Sequence record: DRR723986_6891
Reading direction: 5' to 3' (one strand)
DNA length: 43,238 nucleotides
Part shown: positions 11,232 to 19,214 of the stretch, piece by piece
How positions within the stretch are numbered: position 1 is the first letter of the stretch
Layout of the letters: every line of letters starts with the position of its first letter
Program-made: the position numbers and the translations under genes
Notes under the pieces: model-generated
What the model was told of the DNA's origin: nothing
The model's input: the letters and a program-made list of their open reading frames with translations, nothing else
The model's database searches: none

Positions 11232-11761
11232 CCGGCGTGACGGCGGCAGTGATCGAGCAGGCCGCCAAGGTCAAGCTGCTGGCGCTGGACGTCGACGGGG
11301 TGCTGACCGACGGTCGGCTGTACTACGGTAATGCCGGCGAAGAACTCAAGGCCTTCAACATCAAGGATGGGCTGGGCATCAAATTGCTTCAGCGCGCGGG
11401 CGTCGCGGTAGCCATTATTACCGGCCGCAGCTCGCAGCTGGTCGAGCGGCGGGCAGCCGAGCTGGGAATCGAAGAAATCATCCAGGGCCGCGAGGACAAG
11501 CGCCAGGCGCTGGGTGAGCTGTGCCGGCGCCTGGGCCTGGCCCTCGACGAATGTGCCTACATGGGCGATGACCTGCCCGACCTCAGTGCCATTACTGCGG
11601 CCGGACTCGGCATGACGGTGGCAGACGCCGCTGCCGCGGTGGCCAGGGCCGCCGACTGGCAGAGTACGGCCGGCGGCGGCGCGGGCGCGGTTCGTGAGGC
11701 CTGCGAGTTTATCCTCGATGCCCGGGGCCAACGCGACGAACTCGAAGCGGGCTATCACTGA
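11228..11761 (+). CDS. kdsC: KDO-8-phosphate phosphatase (HAD)
   Basis: LDVDGVLTDG, FNIKDGLGI, YMGDDLPD and GGAGAVRE; GTGA overlap with kdsD. Confidence 0.95.
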   Translation: MTGVTAAVIEQAAKVKLLALDVDGVLTDGRLYYGNAGEELKAFNIKDGLGIKLLQRAGVAVAIITGRSSQLVERRAAELGIEEIIQGREDKRQALGELCRRLGLALDECAYMGDDLPDLSAITAAGLGMTVADAAAAVARAADWQSTAGGGAGAVREACEFILDARGQRDELEAGYH

Positions 11762-12321
11762 TGCCGCGCACATCGCTGCAGCTCATGCTGGCAGTCAGCA
11801 TCGTGGTGGCGATCTTCTACTTCTGGAAGCCCACTGACCTGCAAACGCCCGACGCCGACACCGCCGAACGCCGCAATGAGCTGCCGAAGACCTACCTGCA
11901 CAGCATCCGTAGCTGGCACTATGACGACAGCGGCCAGCTGGCAGAAATTCTCGAAGCGGTAGAAGCGCGGGACTTTCCGCAGACCCGCGAGACCCTGCTG
12001 ACCCAGCCCCGGGTCTATTCCCACGACGGTAATGACCGGACCTGGTCTGCGTCAGCCGAGGAGGGCCGGATGCGGCATCGGCCACAGACCCTGCATCTGC
12101 GCCGCAGCGTCCAACTGGTCAACGACCAGACCGGGGCGCGACTCGACACCCGGGCGATGACCCTGGACCTTCGGCGCAAAACTGCGGTCTCACGAGTACC
12201 GGTAACGATCTCCCAGGGGGAGAATCGGACCCGGGCGGATGGTATGGTGGCCGACCTGAGTATGGAGCAGATCCGCCTGCAACCCAACGTGGAGAGTTTT
12301 TATGTTCCCCCACCCCGCTGA
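11761..12321 (+). CDS. lptC: LPS export periplasmic protein LptC
   Basis: Single N-terminal TM helix followed by a beta-rich domain (WSASAEEG, ADGMVADL); located between kdsC and lptA. Confidence 0.87.
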   Translation: MPRTSLQLMLAVSIVVAIFYFWKPTDLQTPDADTAERRNELPKTYLHSIRSWHYDDSGQLAEILEAVEARDFPQTRETLLTQPRVYSHDGNDRTWSASAEEGRMRHRPQTLHLRRSVQLVNDQTGARLDTRAMTLDLRRKTAVSRVPVTISQGENRTRADGMVADLSMEQIRLQPNVESFYVPPPR

Positions 12322-12886
12322 GTGGTTCGCCTCCCTGCGCCGCACGGCAATAGCAAGCCTGCTTGCGGTACTGCTGGGCATCGGTCTGGCCATACCGGAC
12401 ACCAGCCAGGCCCTGCCCGACGACCGCGAACAGCCCATCCGAATCACCGCCGACCAGGCGCTGCGCGACGAGAAGCAGGGGTTCACGGTGTACAGTGGCA
12501 ATGTGCGCATGGACCAGGGCAGCCTGCACATCGATGCCGACAAGATCACGATCTATCACGCCGCCGAGGAGGCTGACCGCATCGTAGCCGAGGGCAGCCC
12601 GGCACACCTGCAGCAGCAACCGGAGGCAGACAAGGGGCTGATGCACGCCAAGGCGGGGCTTATCGAGTACTTCAAGTCTGAGGACCGGGTCTACCTGAGC
12701 AAGGCTGCGCGCATTGAACAGGACGGGTCGATTGTCACCGGCGAGACCATTGAGTACTTCATCAGCGAGCAACTGGTGCGCGCGGATTCCGACCAGAGCA
12801 GCGCGGAGAGCCGCGTCGAGGTCGTGATCCCCGCCCAGGCGATCCAGGACAAGGACGCACCCCGTGGCGACACTCAAGGCGAGTAA
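12302..12886 (+). CDS. lptA: LPS transport periplasmic protein LptA
   Basis: Signal peptide, then [32 protein letters not shown] and RVEVVIP. Confidence 0.93.
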   Translation: MFPHPAEWFASLRRTAIASLLAVLLGIGLAIPDTSQALPDDREQPIRITADQALRDEKQGFTVYSGNVRMDQGSLHIDADKITIYHAAEEADRIVAEGSPAHLQQQPEADKGLMHAKAGLIEYFKSEDRVYLSKAARIEQDGSIVTGETIEYFISEQLVRADSDQSSAESRVEVVIPAQAIQDKDAPRGDTQGE

Positions 12887-13589
12887 TCTCGCCAAGGCCT
12901 ACCGCGGCAGGGAGGTCGTGCAGGACGTTTCCATTGGCCTGGAAAGCGGCCAGATCGTCGGCCTGCTGGGCCCCAACGGGGCGGGCAAGACAACCTGCTT
13001 TTATATGATCGTGGGCATCATCCGCGCAGACCGCGGCACGATCGAGATCAACGGGGAAGACATCACCGCCCTGCCAATGCACGAGAGGGCAAGGCGCGGG
13101 ATTGGCTACCTGCCCCAGGAGGCCTCGATTTTCCGCAAGCTGAGCGTCGGCGACAATATCCTCTCCATTTTGGAAACCCGGCCGGACCTCAATCGTGCGG
13201 AACGCATCAAGCGACGGGATGAACTGCTGGAAGAGTTCCACGTCGGCCACCTCAGGGACAGCCTCGGCCAGGCCCTGTCGGGCGGCGAACGACGCCGTAT
13301 AGAAATCGCGAGAGCATTGGCCACCGAACCGGATTTTATCCTTCTGGACGAACCCTTTGCCGGCGTTGACCCCATCTCGGTCAACGACATCAAGCAAATC
13401 ATCCGCCACCTGCGGGACCGCGGGATCGGGGTGCTGATCACCGACCACAACGTGCGCGACACCCTGGATATCTGCGAGAAGGCTTTCATCGTCGGAGAAG
13501 GCCATATCATCGCCGCCGGCACCTCCAGCGACGTACTGGCCAACGACAAGGTCCGCAAGGTCTACCTGGGCGAGCAGTTCCATATGTAA
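12864..13589 (+). CDS. lptB: LPS export ABC transporter ATPase
   Basis: [43 protein letters not shown] and VYLGEQF. Confidence 0.97.
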   Translation: MATLKASNLAKAYRGREVVQDVSIGLESGQIVGLLGPNGAGKTTCFYMIVGIIRADRGTIEINGEDITALPMHERARRGIGYLPQEASIFRKLSVGDNILSILETRPDLNRAERIKRRDELLEEFHVGHLRDSLGQALSGGERRRIEIARALATEPDFILLDEPFAGVDPISVNDIKQIIRHLRDRGIGVLITDHNVRDTLDICEKAFIVGEGHIIAAGTSSDVLANDKVRKVYLGEQFHM

Positions 13590-13663
13590 ACCGCCCGGCG
13601 GGGCTAATGGCACCCAACTGACGGACCCCGGTCACAATTTCCTGTCACTTTGATCATTCCTTA

Positions 13664-13679
13664 AGCAAATATCGAGCCA
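13664..13679 (-). promoter_or_regulatory. sigma-54 (-24/-12) site, antisense to rpoN
   Basis: The minus strand reads TGGCTC-GATAT-TTGCT against consensus TGGCAC-N5-TTGCW, with exact GG-N10-GC spacing, 86 bp upstream of the rpoN ATG. Confidence 0.65.
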
Positions 13680-13765
13680 GAATATTGCTTCGCGACCGGG
13701 AGCGGGGCTACACTCGAACGCAATACACCGCTGCCCATGAGAGCTGTACCGGCGCAATCGCGAGA

Positions 13766-15250
13766 ATGAAGCAGTCCCTCCAACTAAAGCTTGGCCAGCA
13801 GCTGACGATGACACCGCAGCTGCAGCAGGCCATCAAGCTGCTGCAACTCAGCACCCTGGACCTGCAGATGGAGATCCAGCAGGTACTGGACAGCAACCCC
13901 ATGCTCGAACTGGACGAGGATGAGTCAGGCATTTCCGATACGGACGCTGCCGAGGACAATCTCGGCCCCGGAAATGACGACGGGCCGATGGCCAAACTCG
14001 AGTCCGACGGCGACGATGCAGCGGGTGACTGGGAACCGGTGATGCCGGAGAACCTGCCGGTGGACACCCAGTGGGAAGACCTGATGCCGGGCTCTGCACC
14101 AACGCCATCCTCCGCCGGTGCAGACAGCGGCGATTTTGATTACGACAGCCGCAATGCCAGCAGTGAGAGCCTGCAGGATCACCTGCTCTGGCAGCTCAAC
14201 CTCACCCGGATGTCCGACACCGACCGGGTCATCGCCATGGCGATCATTGACTCCACCGACAACAATGGCCGCCTCGAGGCGAGCCTGGAGGAGATTCACG
14301 CGTCACTGACCCCGGAACTGGAGATCGACCTGGATGAAGTGACCGCCGTACTGCACATGCTGCAGCAGTTCGAGCCCGCCGGGGTCTGCGCGCGGGACCT
14401 GCAGGAATGCCTGCTGATCCAGCTCCAGCAGCTGCCAGCCACCACCCCCCTGCTGGAGCAGGCCCGCAACCTGGTATCGCGGCATATGAACCAGCTGGCG
14501 GCAGGTGATTTCGCCCAGATCATGCGCCGTATGCGGATCGGGGAAGACCAGCTGCGCGCCGTCATGGCGCTGGTGCAGAAGCTCGACCCGCACCCGGGCC
14601 AACTCATCGGCGCAGACGAAACCGAGTACATCGTCCCGGATGTGTTTGTGCGCAAGCGCGAGGGACGCTGGGTCGTGGAGCTCAATCCCGATATCGCGCC
14701 CCGCCTGCGGATTAACGACCAGTACGCCAGTTTCATCAAGCGTGCCGACCAGAGCGCTGACAACAACTTCCTCAAGGACAACCTGCAGGAGGCCCGCTGG
14801 TTCCTCAAAAGCCTGCAGAGTCGCAACGAGACCCTGATGAAGGTTGCGAGCAAGATCGTCGAACACCAGCGCAATTTCCTCGAATACGGCGAAGAGGCGA
14901 TGAAACCCCTGGTGCTGCATGACATCGCCGCGGCCGTGGAAATGCACGAATCCACTATTTCGCGAGTCACCACCCGCAAGTATATGCACACCCCCCGGGG
15001 CATTTTCGAGCTGAAGTACTTCTTCTCGAGCCACGTGGCCACCACCGCAGGTGGGGAATGTTCATCGACGGCGATCCGGGCACTGATCAAGAAGCTGGTC
15101 TCGGCAGAGAATCCGCGCAAGCCACTCAGCGACAACAAGATTACCCAGCTACTCGAGGACCAGGGCATCAAGGTCGCCCGGCGCACCGTCGCCAAGTACC
15201 GTGATACCTTGTTCATACCGCCGTCCAACGAGCGCAAAAGATTGGTCTAG
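13766..15250 (+). CDS. rpoN: RNA polymerase sigma-54 factor
   Basis: [44 protein letters not shown] and the RpoN box ARRTVAKYR; start at ATG 13766. Confidence 0.98.
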   Translation: MKQSLQLKLGQQLTMTPQLQQAIKLLQLSTLDLQMEIQQVLDSNPMLELDEDESGISDTDAAEDNLGPGNDDGPMAKLESDGDDAAGDWEPVMPENLPVDTQWEDLMPGSAPTPSSAGADSGDFDYDSRNASSESLQDHLLWQLNLTRMSDTDRVIAMAIIDSTDNNGRLEASLEEIHASLTPELEIDLDEVTAVLHMLQQFEPAGVCARDLQECLLIQLQQLPATTPLLEQARNLVSRHMNQLAAGDFAQIMRRMRIGEDQLRAVMALVQKLDPHPGQLIGADETEYIVPDVFVRKREGRWVVELNPDIAPRLRINDQYASFIKRADQSADNNFLKDNLQEARWFLKSLQSRNETLMKVASKIVEHQRNFLEYGEEAMKPLVLHDIAAAVEMHESTISRVTTRKYMHTPRGIFELKYFFSSHVATTAGGECSSTAIRALIKKLVSAENPRKPLSDNKITQLLEDQGIKVARRTVAKYRDTLFIPPSNERKRLV

Positions 15251-15326
15251 AATTAAACAGGACCGGTGCGGCCAGGCCGCTGCCGGTCGGTCGGGCCCCC
15301 GGGCCGTCATCAAGAAGGAGCACTGT

Positions 15327-15614
15327 ATGCAACTCAATGTCAGCGGACACCATGTCGAAGTGACCGAGCCACTGCGTGACTACGTGAGCAGCAAGTTCGA
15401 GCGGCTGCAACGACATTTTGACCAGATTACCAATACCGACGTCACGCTCATCGTCGAGAAAATGGTGCAAAAGGCGGAAGCCACGGTGCACATTTCCGGG
15501 GCCGATATCTTTGCCGCCGCGGAGTCTGAAGACATGTATGCGGCCATCGACGCACTGGCGGACAAACTCGACCGTCAGCTGATCAAGCACAAGGAAAAGA
15601 GCCGGGGCCACTGA
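15327..15614 (+). CDS. hpf: Ribosome hibernation promoting factor (short HPF)
   Basis: MQLNVSGHHVEVTEPLRDYV...DMYAAIDALADKLDRQLIKHKEK; SD AAGGAG. Confidence 0.96.
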   Translation: MQLNVSGHHVEVTEPLRDYVSSKFERLQRHFDQITNTDVTLIVEKMVQKAEATVHISGADIFAAAESEDMYAAIDALADKLDRQLIKHKEKSRGH

Positions 15615-15623
15615 TTCACAATA

Positions 15624-16082
15624 ATGGATTCTCTCAATGAACTACTGACCCCGTCGCGCACCGTTTGCCGGGCCGCCGGGGTCAGCAAAAAACGGTTGTT
15701 CCAGACCCTCGCCGGGATCATCGCTGATGATCAGGAGGACGTGGAAGCGGCAGAGATCTTCAGCCACCTGGTGGCCCGTGAAAAACTGGGCAGCACCGGG
15801 CTCGGCCAGGGCATTGCCATCCCCCACTGTCGCCTGGACAGCTGCCCGCGCCCAATCGGTACCCTGGTCAGCCTGGAAGACGCCATTGATTTCGATGCCC
15901 CGGACGGGCAACCGGTTGACCTGCTGTTCGTGCTACTGGTCCCCGGCGAGGCCAGTCAGGAACACCTCAATATCCTGGCCGGGCTGGCGCGACTGTTCAG
16001 CCAGCCGGCGTTCTGTACCGCACTGCGAGCGGCCTCGGACGACGCACAACTGCACCAGGTCGCAACCGGCTGGCGAGACTGA
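15624..16082 (+). CDS. ptsN: PTS EIIA-Ntr
   Basis: SKKRLF, REKLGSTGLGQGIAIPHCR (phospho-His) and FDAPDGQPVDLLF. Confidence 0.95.
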   Translation: MDSLNELLTPSRTVCRAAGVSKKRLFQTLAGIIADDQEDVEAAEIFSHLVAREKLGSTGLGQGIAIPHCRLDSCPRPIGTLVSLEDAIDFDAPDGQPVDLLFVLLVPGEASQEHLNILAGLARLFSQPAFCTALRAASDDAQLHQVATGWRD

Positions 16083-16088
16083 ACTCCC

Positions 16089-16943
16089 TTGGAACTGATC
16101 ATCATCAGCGGCCGCTCGGGCTCGGGCAAAAGTACCGCCCTGCACCAGTTGGAGGACGAGGGCTACTACTGCATCGACAACCTGCCGGTCTCGCTACTCC
16201 CGCACCTGATGGAGGAAGTGAGTCGACCCGAATTCCAGCACTTCCAGGGCGCCGCCGTATGCATCGATGCGCGCAACGCCTGGAAGGACCTCGAGCGCTT
16301 CACCGCTATCCTGGACGAGTTACCGGCAGCGGTTAACAGTCGCATCCTGTTCCTCGATGCCCAGGAAGCAACCCTGATAAAGCGGTTCAGCGAAACCCGC
16401 CGGCGGCACCCACTGAGCAGCGATACCCTGCCCCTGGCAGAAGCGATCCAGCAGGAACGCCAACTGCTCGAACCACTGGCCAGTGCCGCATCGCTGGTGC
16501 TCGATACCAGCCAGATGACGATTTACGAGTTGCGCGATGAAATCAAGCAGCGTCTGGTCGGCGCCAGCGCCGGGCGCATGTCCATCCTGATCCAGTCCTT
16601 CGGTTTCAAGCGCGGTGTGCCGACCGACGCAGATCTGGTATTTGATGTGCGGATGTTGCCCAACCCGCACTGGGTGAAGAGCCTGCGCTTGCAGAACGGC
16701 CTGGATCCCGAGGTGGCCGAATTCCTGCAGGCGCAACCGCTCACCGATGAGCTGTTTGCCGATATCTGCAGCTACCTGGACCGCTGGCTGCCGCACTACA
16801 GCGACAGCAAGCGCAGCTACATGACGATTGCCCTGGGTTGTACGGGAGGACAACATCGCTCAGTATACCTCGCGAACCGCCTGTTCCAGCATTACCGGAC
16901 GCAGTTCTCACACATCCACCTCCGGCACAGGGAACTGCAGTAG
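16089..16943 (+). CDS. rapZ: RNase adapter RapZ
   Basis: SGRSGSGKS, YCIDNLP, RFSETRRRHPL, SFGFKRG and GCTGGQHRSV; TTG start. Confidence 0.96.
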   Translation: MELIIISGRSGSGKSTALHQLEDEGYYCIDNLPVSLLPHLMEEVSRPEFQHFQGAAVCIDARNAWKDLERFTAILDELPAAVNSRILFLDAQEATLIKRFSETRRRHPLSSDTLPLAEAIQQERQLLEPLASAASLVLDTSQMTIYELRDEIKQRLVGASAGRMSILIQSFGFKRGVPTDADLVFDVRMLPNPHWVKSLRLQNGLDPEVAEFLQAQPLTDELFADICSYLDRWLPHYSDSKRSYMTIALGCTGGQHRSVYLANRLFQHYRTQFSHIHLRHRELQ

Positions 16944-16953
16944 CAGCACACAC

Positions 16954-17223
16954 GTGATTGAGACCAGGATAACCATCGTCAACAAACTCGGCCTGCACGC
17001 TCGCGCGGCAGCGAAGTTTGTCAGCTGTGCTTCAAGCTTTTCGAGCCGGGTGAAGGCGGGCACCAGCGGCAAGCTGATCGATGGCAAAAGCATCATGTCG
17101 GTGATGATGCTGGCCGCCGGCAAGGGCACCGAGCTGGAACTGCAGATTTCCGGCAGTGACGAGGAAGCTGCACTGGCGGCGCTGCGCGAACTGATCGAGA
17201 ATCGCTTCGGCGAACCGGAATAA
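16954..17223 (+). CDS. npr: HPr-family phosphocarrier (NPr/PtsO)
   Basis: GTG 16954; IVNKLGLHARAA (His15), DGKSIMSVMML and NRFGEPE; last gene of the canonical rpoN cluster. Confidence 0.93.
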   Translation: MIETRITIVNKLGLHARAAAKFVSCASSFSSRVKAGTSGKLIDGKSIMSVMMLAAGKGTELELQISGSDEEAALAALRELIENRFGEPE

Positions 17224-17288
17224 TACCAATCCCCGATCACTCATGGCGTTGTTGCCACACCACCTTTTACCGGATAATTAACCGAACC

Positions 17289-17312
17289 AGACCCTCATGC
17301 CGAGGGTTTTTT
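17289..17312 (+). terminator. Intrinsic terminator-like hairpin just upstream of mgtE
   Basis: ACCCTC-ATGCC-GAGGGT followed by TTTTT, ending 14 nt before the mgtE ATG at 17327. Confidence 0.65.
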
Positions 17313-17326
17313 GTGCGGGTCCGACC

Positions 17327-18679
17327 ATGAGCCAGATCTCAGCCAAGTCACAGGAGCGTTTCGACCGGCTGTCGCTAGCCCTCGACAGCGGCACCCTGGA
17401 TGATGCCCGGCGGATGCTGCAGGACCTCGCACCCGCCGATGCTGCGCACCTGCTGGAGACCTCCCCGCCAAAAGTCCGCGTTGTCCTCTGGCAACTGCTT
17501 GATGACGAACTCGCTGGCGACGTTATCAACGAGCTGGGTGAAGACCTGCGCGCCGCCTTCCTGCGGGAGATGGATGCCAGCGAAGTCGCCCAGATCACCG
17601 AAGGGCTGGACGACGACGACGTCGCCGACATTCTCCAGCAGTTACCCGACCGGGTAACCTTTGAAGTCCTTGAGTCGATGGACACCCAGGACCGGGCGCG
17701 GCTGGAACGGGTGATGTTCTACCCGGACGACACCGCCGGCGGCCTGATGAACACGGACACCATCACCATCCGGGCTGACCTGACCCTGGATGTGGTGTTG
17801 CGCTACCTGCGCCGTCACGAAGAAATACCCGAGATGACCGACAGCCTGATCGTGGTGACCCGCAAGGATCGCTACATCGGCCTGCTGCCGCTGCGGACCC
17901 TGCTGGTATCCGATCCCTCGGTCTCGGTACGGGAGATGATGGTCACGGACCGGGAAGCCATCCCCGCTTTCATGCCGGACGACGAGGTGGCGCGACTGTT
18001 CGAACGTAACGACTGGGTATCCGCGCCCGTCATTGACGAGGAAGGTTACGTCCTTGGCCGGATCACCATTGACGACGTGGTGGACGTTATTCGCGAGGAT
18101 GCGGATCACTCGCTGATGTCCATGGCCGGTCTGGACGAATATGAAGACACCTTCGCGCCCATCCGGCGGACTGCGCCGCGCAGGGCAATCTGGCTGGGGA
18201 TCAATCTGGCGACGGCCTTTATTGCGGCATCGGTGATCAACCTGTTCCAGGACACCATTGAAAAAGTGGTGGCGCTCGCAGTGCTGATGCCGATCGTAGC
18301 CAGCATGGGCGGCATCGCCGGCACCCAGACTCTCACCGTGCTGGTACGCGGCATGGCCACCGGCAAGGTGACACGCGGCAACCAGGGCTGGCTGGTCAAC
18401 CGCGAGGTCGTCATCGGCATTCTCAACGGCATTCTTTGGGCCGCCGTCGTGGCCGTGGCCGCATCGCTCTGGTTCGAGGACTGGAGCATCGGCCTGATCA
18501 TCGCCGCCGCCATGGTCATCAATCTCATCACCGCCGGTTTCACCGGTGCCGTGCTGCCGCTGATGATGCGCCGGATGAGTATCGACCCGGCGCTGGCCGG
18601 CGGCGTCGTGCTGACCACCGTCACCGATGTGGTCGGCTTTGTCTCCTTCCTCGGCCTGGCGACCTGGTTCTATGCCTGA
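17327..18679 (+). CDS. mgtE: Magnesium transporter MgtE
   Basis: N-domain, CBS pair (TAGGLMNTD, GRITIDDVVD) and TM motifs MPIVASMGGIAGTQ and DPALAGGVVLTTVTDVVGF. An alternative in-frame ATG exists at 17297. Confidence 0.96.
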   Translation: MSQISAKSQERFDRLSLALDSGTLDDARRMLQDLAPADAAHLLETSPPKVRVVLWQLLDDELAGDVINELGEDLRAAFLREMDASEVAQITEGLDDDDVADILQQLPDRVTFEVLESMDTQDRARLERVMFYPDDTAGGLMNTDTITIRADLTLDVVLRYLRRHEEIPEMTDSLIVVTRKDRYIGLLPLRTLLVSDPSVSVREMMVTDREAIPAFMPDDEVARLFERNDWVSAPVIDEEGYVLGRITIDDVVDVIREDADHSLMSMAGLDEYEDTFAPIRRTAPRRAIWLGINLATAFIAASVINLFQDTIEKVVALAVLMPIVASMGGIAGTQTLTVLVRGMATGKVTRGNQGWLVNREVVIGILNGILWAAVVAVAASLWFEDWSIGLIIAAAMVINLITAGFTGAVLPLMMRRMSIDPALAGGVVLTTVTDVVGFVSFLGLATWFYA

Positions 18680-19214
18680 CGACTACAGCGAAGACCCGCA
18701 ATGGGAGGAGGACGGCCCCAGCAAGAGCGAACTGAAGCGGCAAATGACGGCCCTGCAGAACCTCGGGGTGGCACTGACCCAGCTTAGCGATCGCCAGCTG
18801 GCCAAGATTCCCCTGACGGACGAGCGCCTGCACCGCGCCATTCTCGAAACCCGCAGGATCAACAGTAACAACGCGCGCCGACGCCATATGCAGTTTATCG
18901 GCAAACTGATGCGCGATATCGACCCGGCGCCGATCGAGGCCGCACTGCAGGCCCTGCACGATGCGGACCAGGCAAAGAACGCACAATTCCACCAGTTGGA
19001 GCGCTTGCGCGACGAGATACTGGCCGAGGGGGACGCGGGCATCCAGACGGTGATGGATCGCTGGCCCAACGCCGACCGCCAGCAGCTGCGCCATCTGCTG
19101 CGCCAGCATCAGCAGGAGACTGCGAAAGGCAAACCGCCCGCGGCCAGCCGCAAGCTGTTCAAACTATTGCGCAGCCTGCAGGAAAACTACGGTGATGGCG
19201 GCGATGCGGGCTGA
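18672..19214 (+). CDS. darP: Ribosome biogenesis factor YjgA/DarP (DUF615)
   Basis: PSKSELKRQMTALQNLG, ARRRHMQFIGKLMR, FHQLERLRD and DRQQLRHL; the ATG overlaps the end of mgtE. Confidence 0.93.
   Translation: MPDDYSEDPQWEEDGPSKSELKRQMTALQNLGVALTQLSDRQLAKIPLTDERLHRAILETRRINSNNARRRHMQFIGKLMRDIDPAPIEAALQALHDADQAKNAQFHQLERLRDEILAEGDAGIQTVMDRWPNADRQQLRHLLRQHQQETAKGKPPAASRKLFKLLRSLQENYGDGGDAG

Noticed and set aside
10049..11773. 574-aa minus-strand ORF
   Set aside because: Antisense to kdsD/kdsC with Ser/Arg/Ala-rich shadow composition.
13608..13623. TGGCAC upstream of rpoN on the plus strand (and another at 40826)
   Set aside because: No GC at the -12 position, so GG-N10-GC spacing fails.
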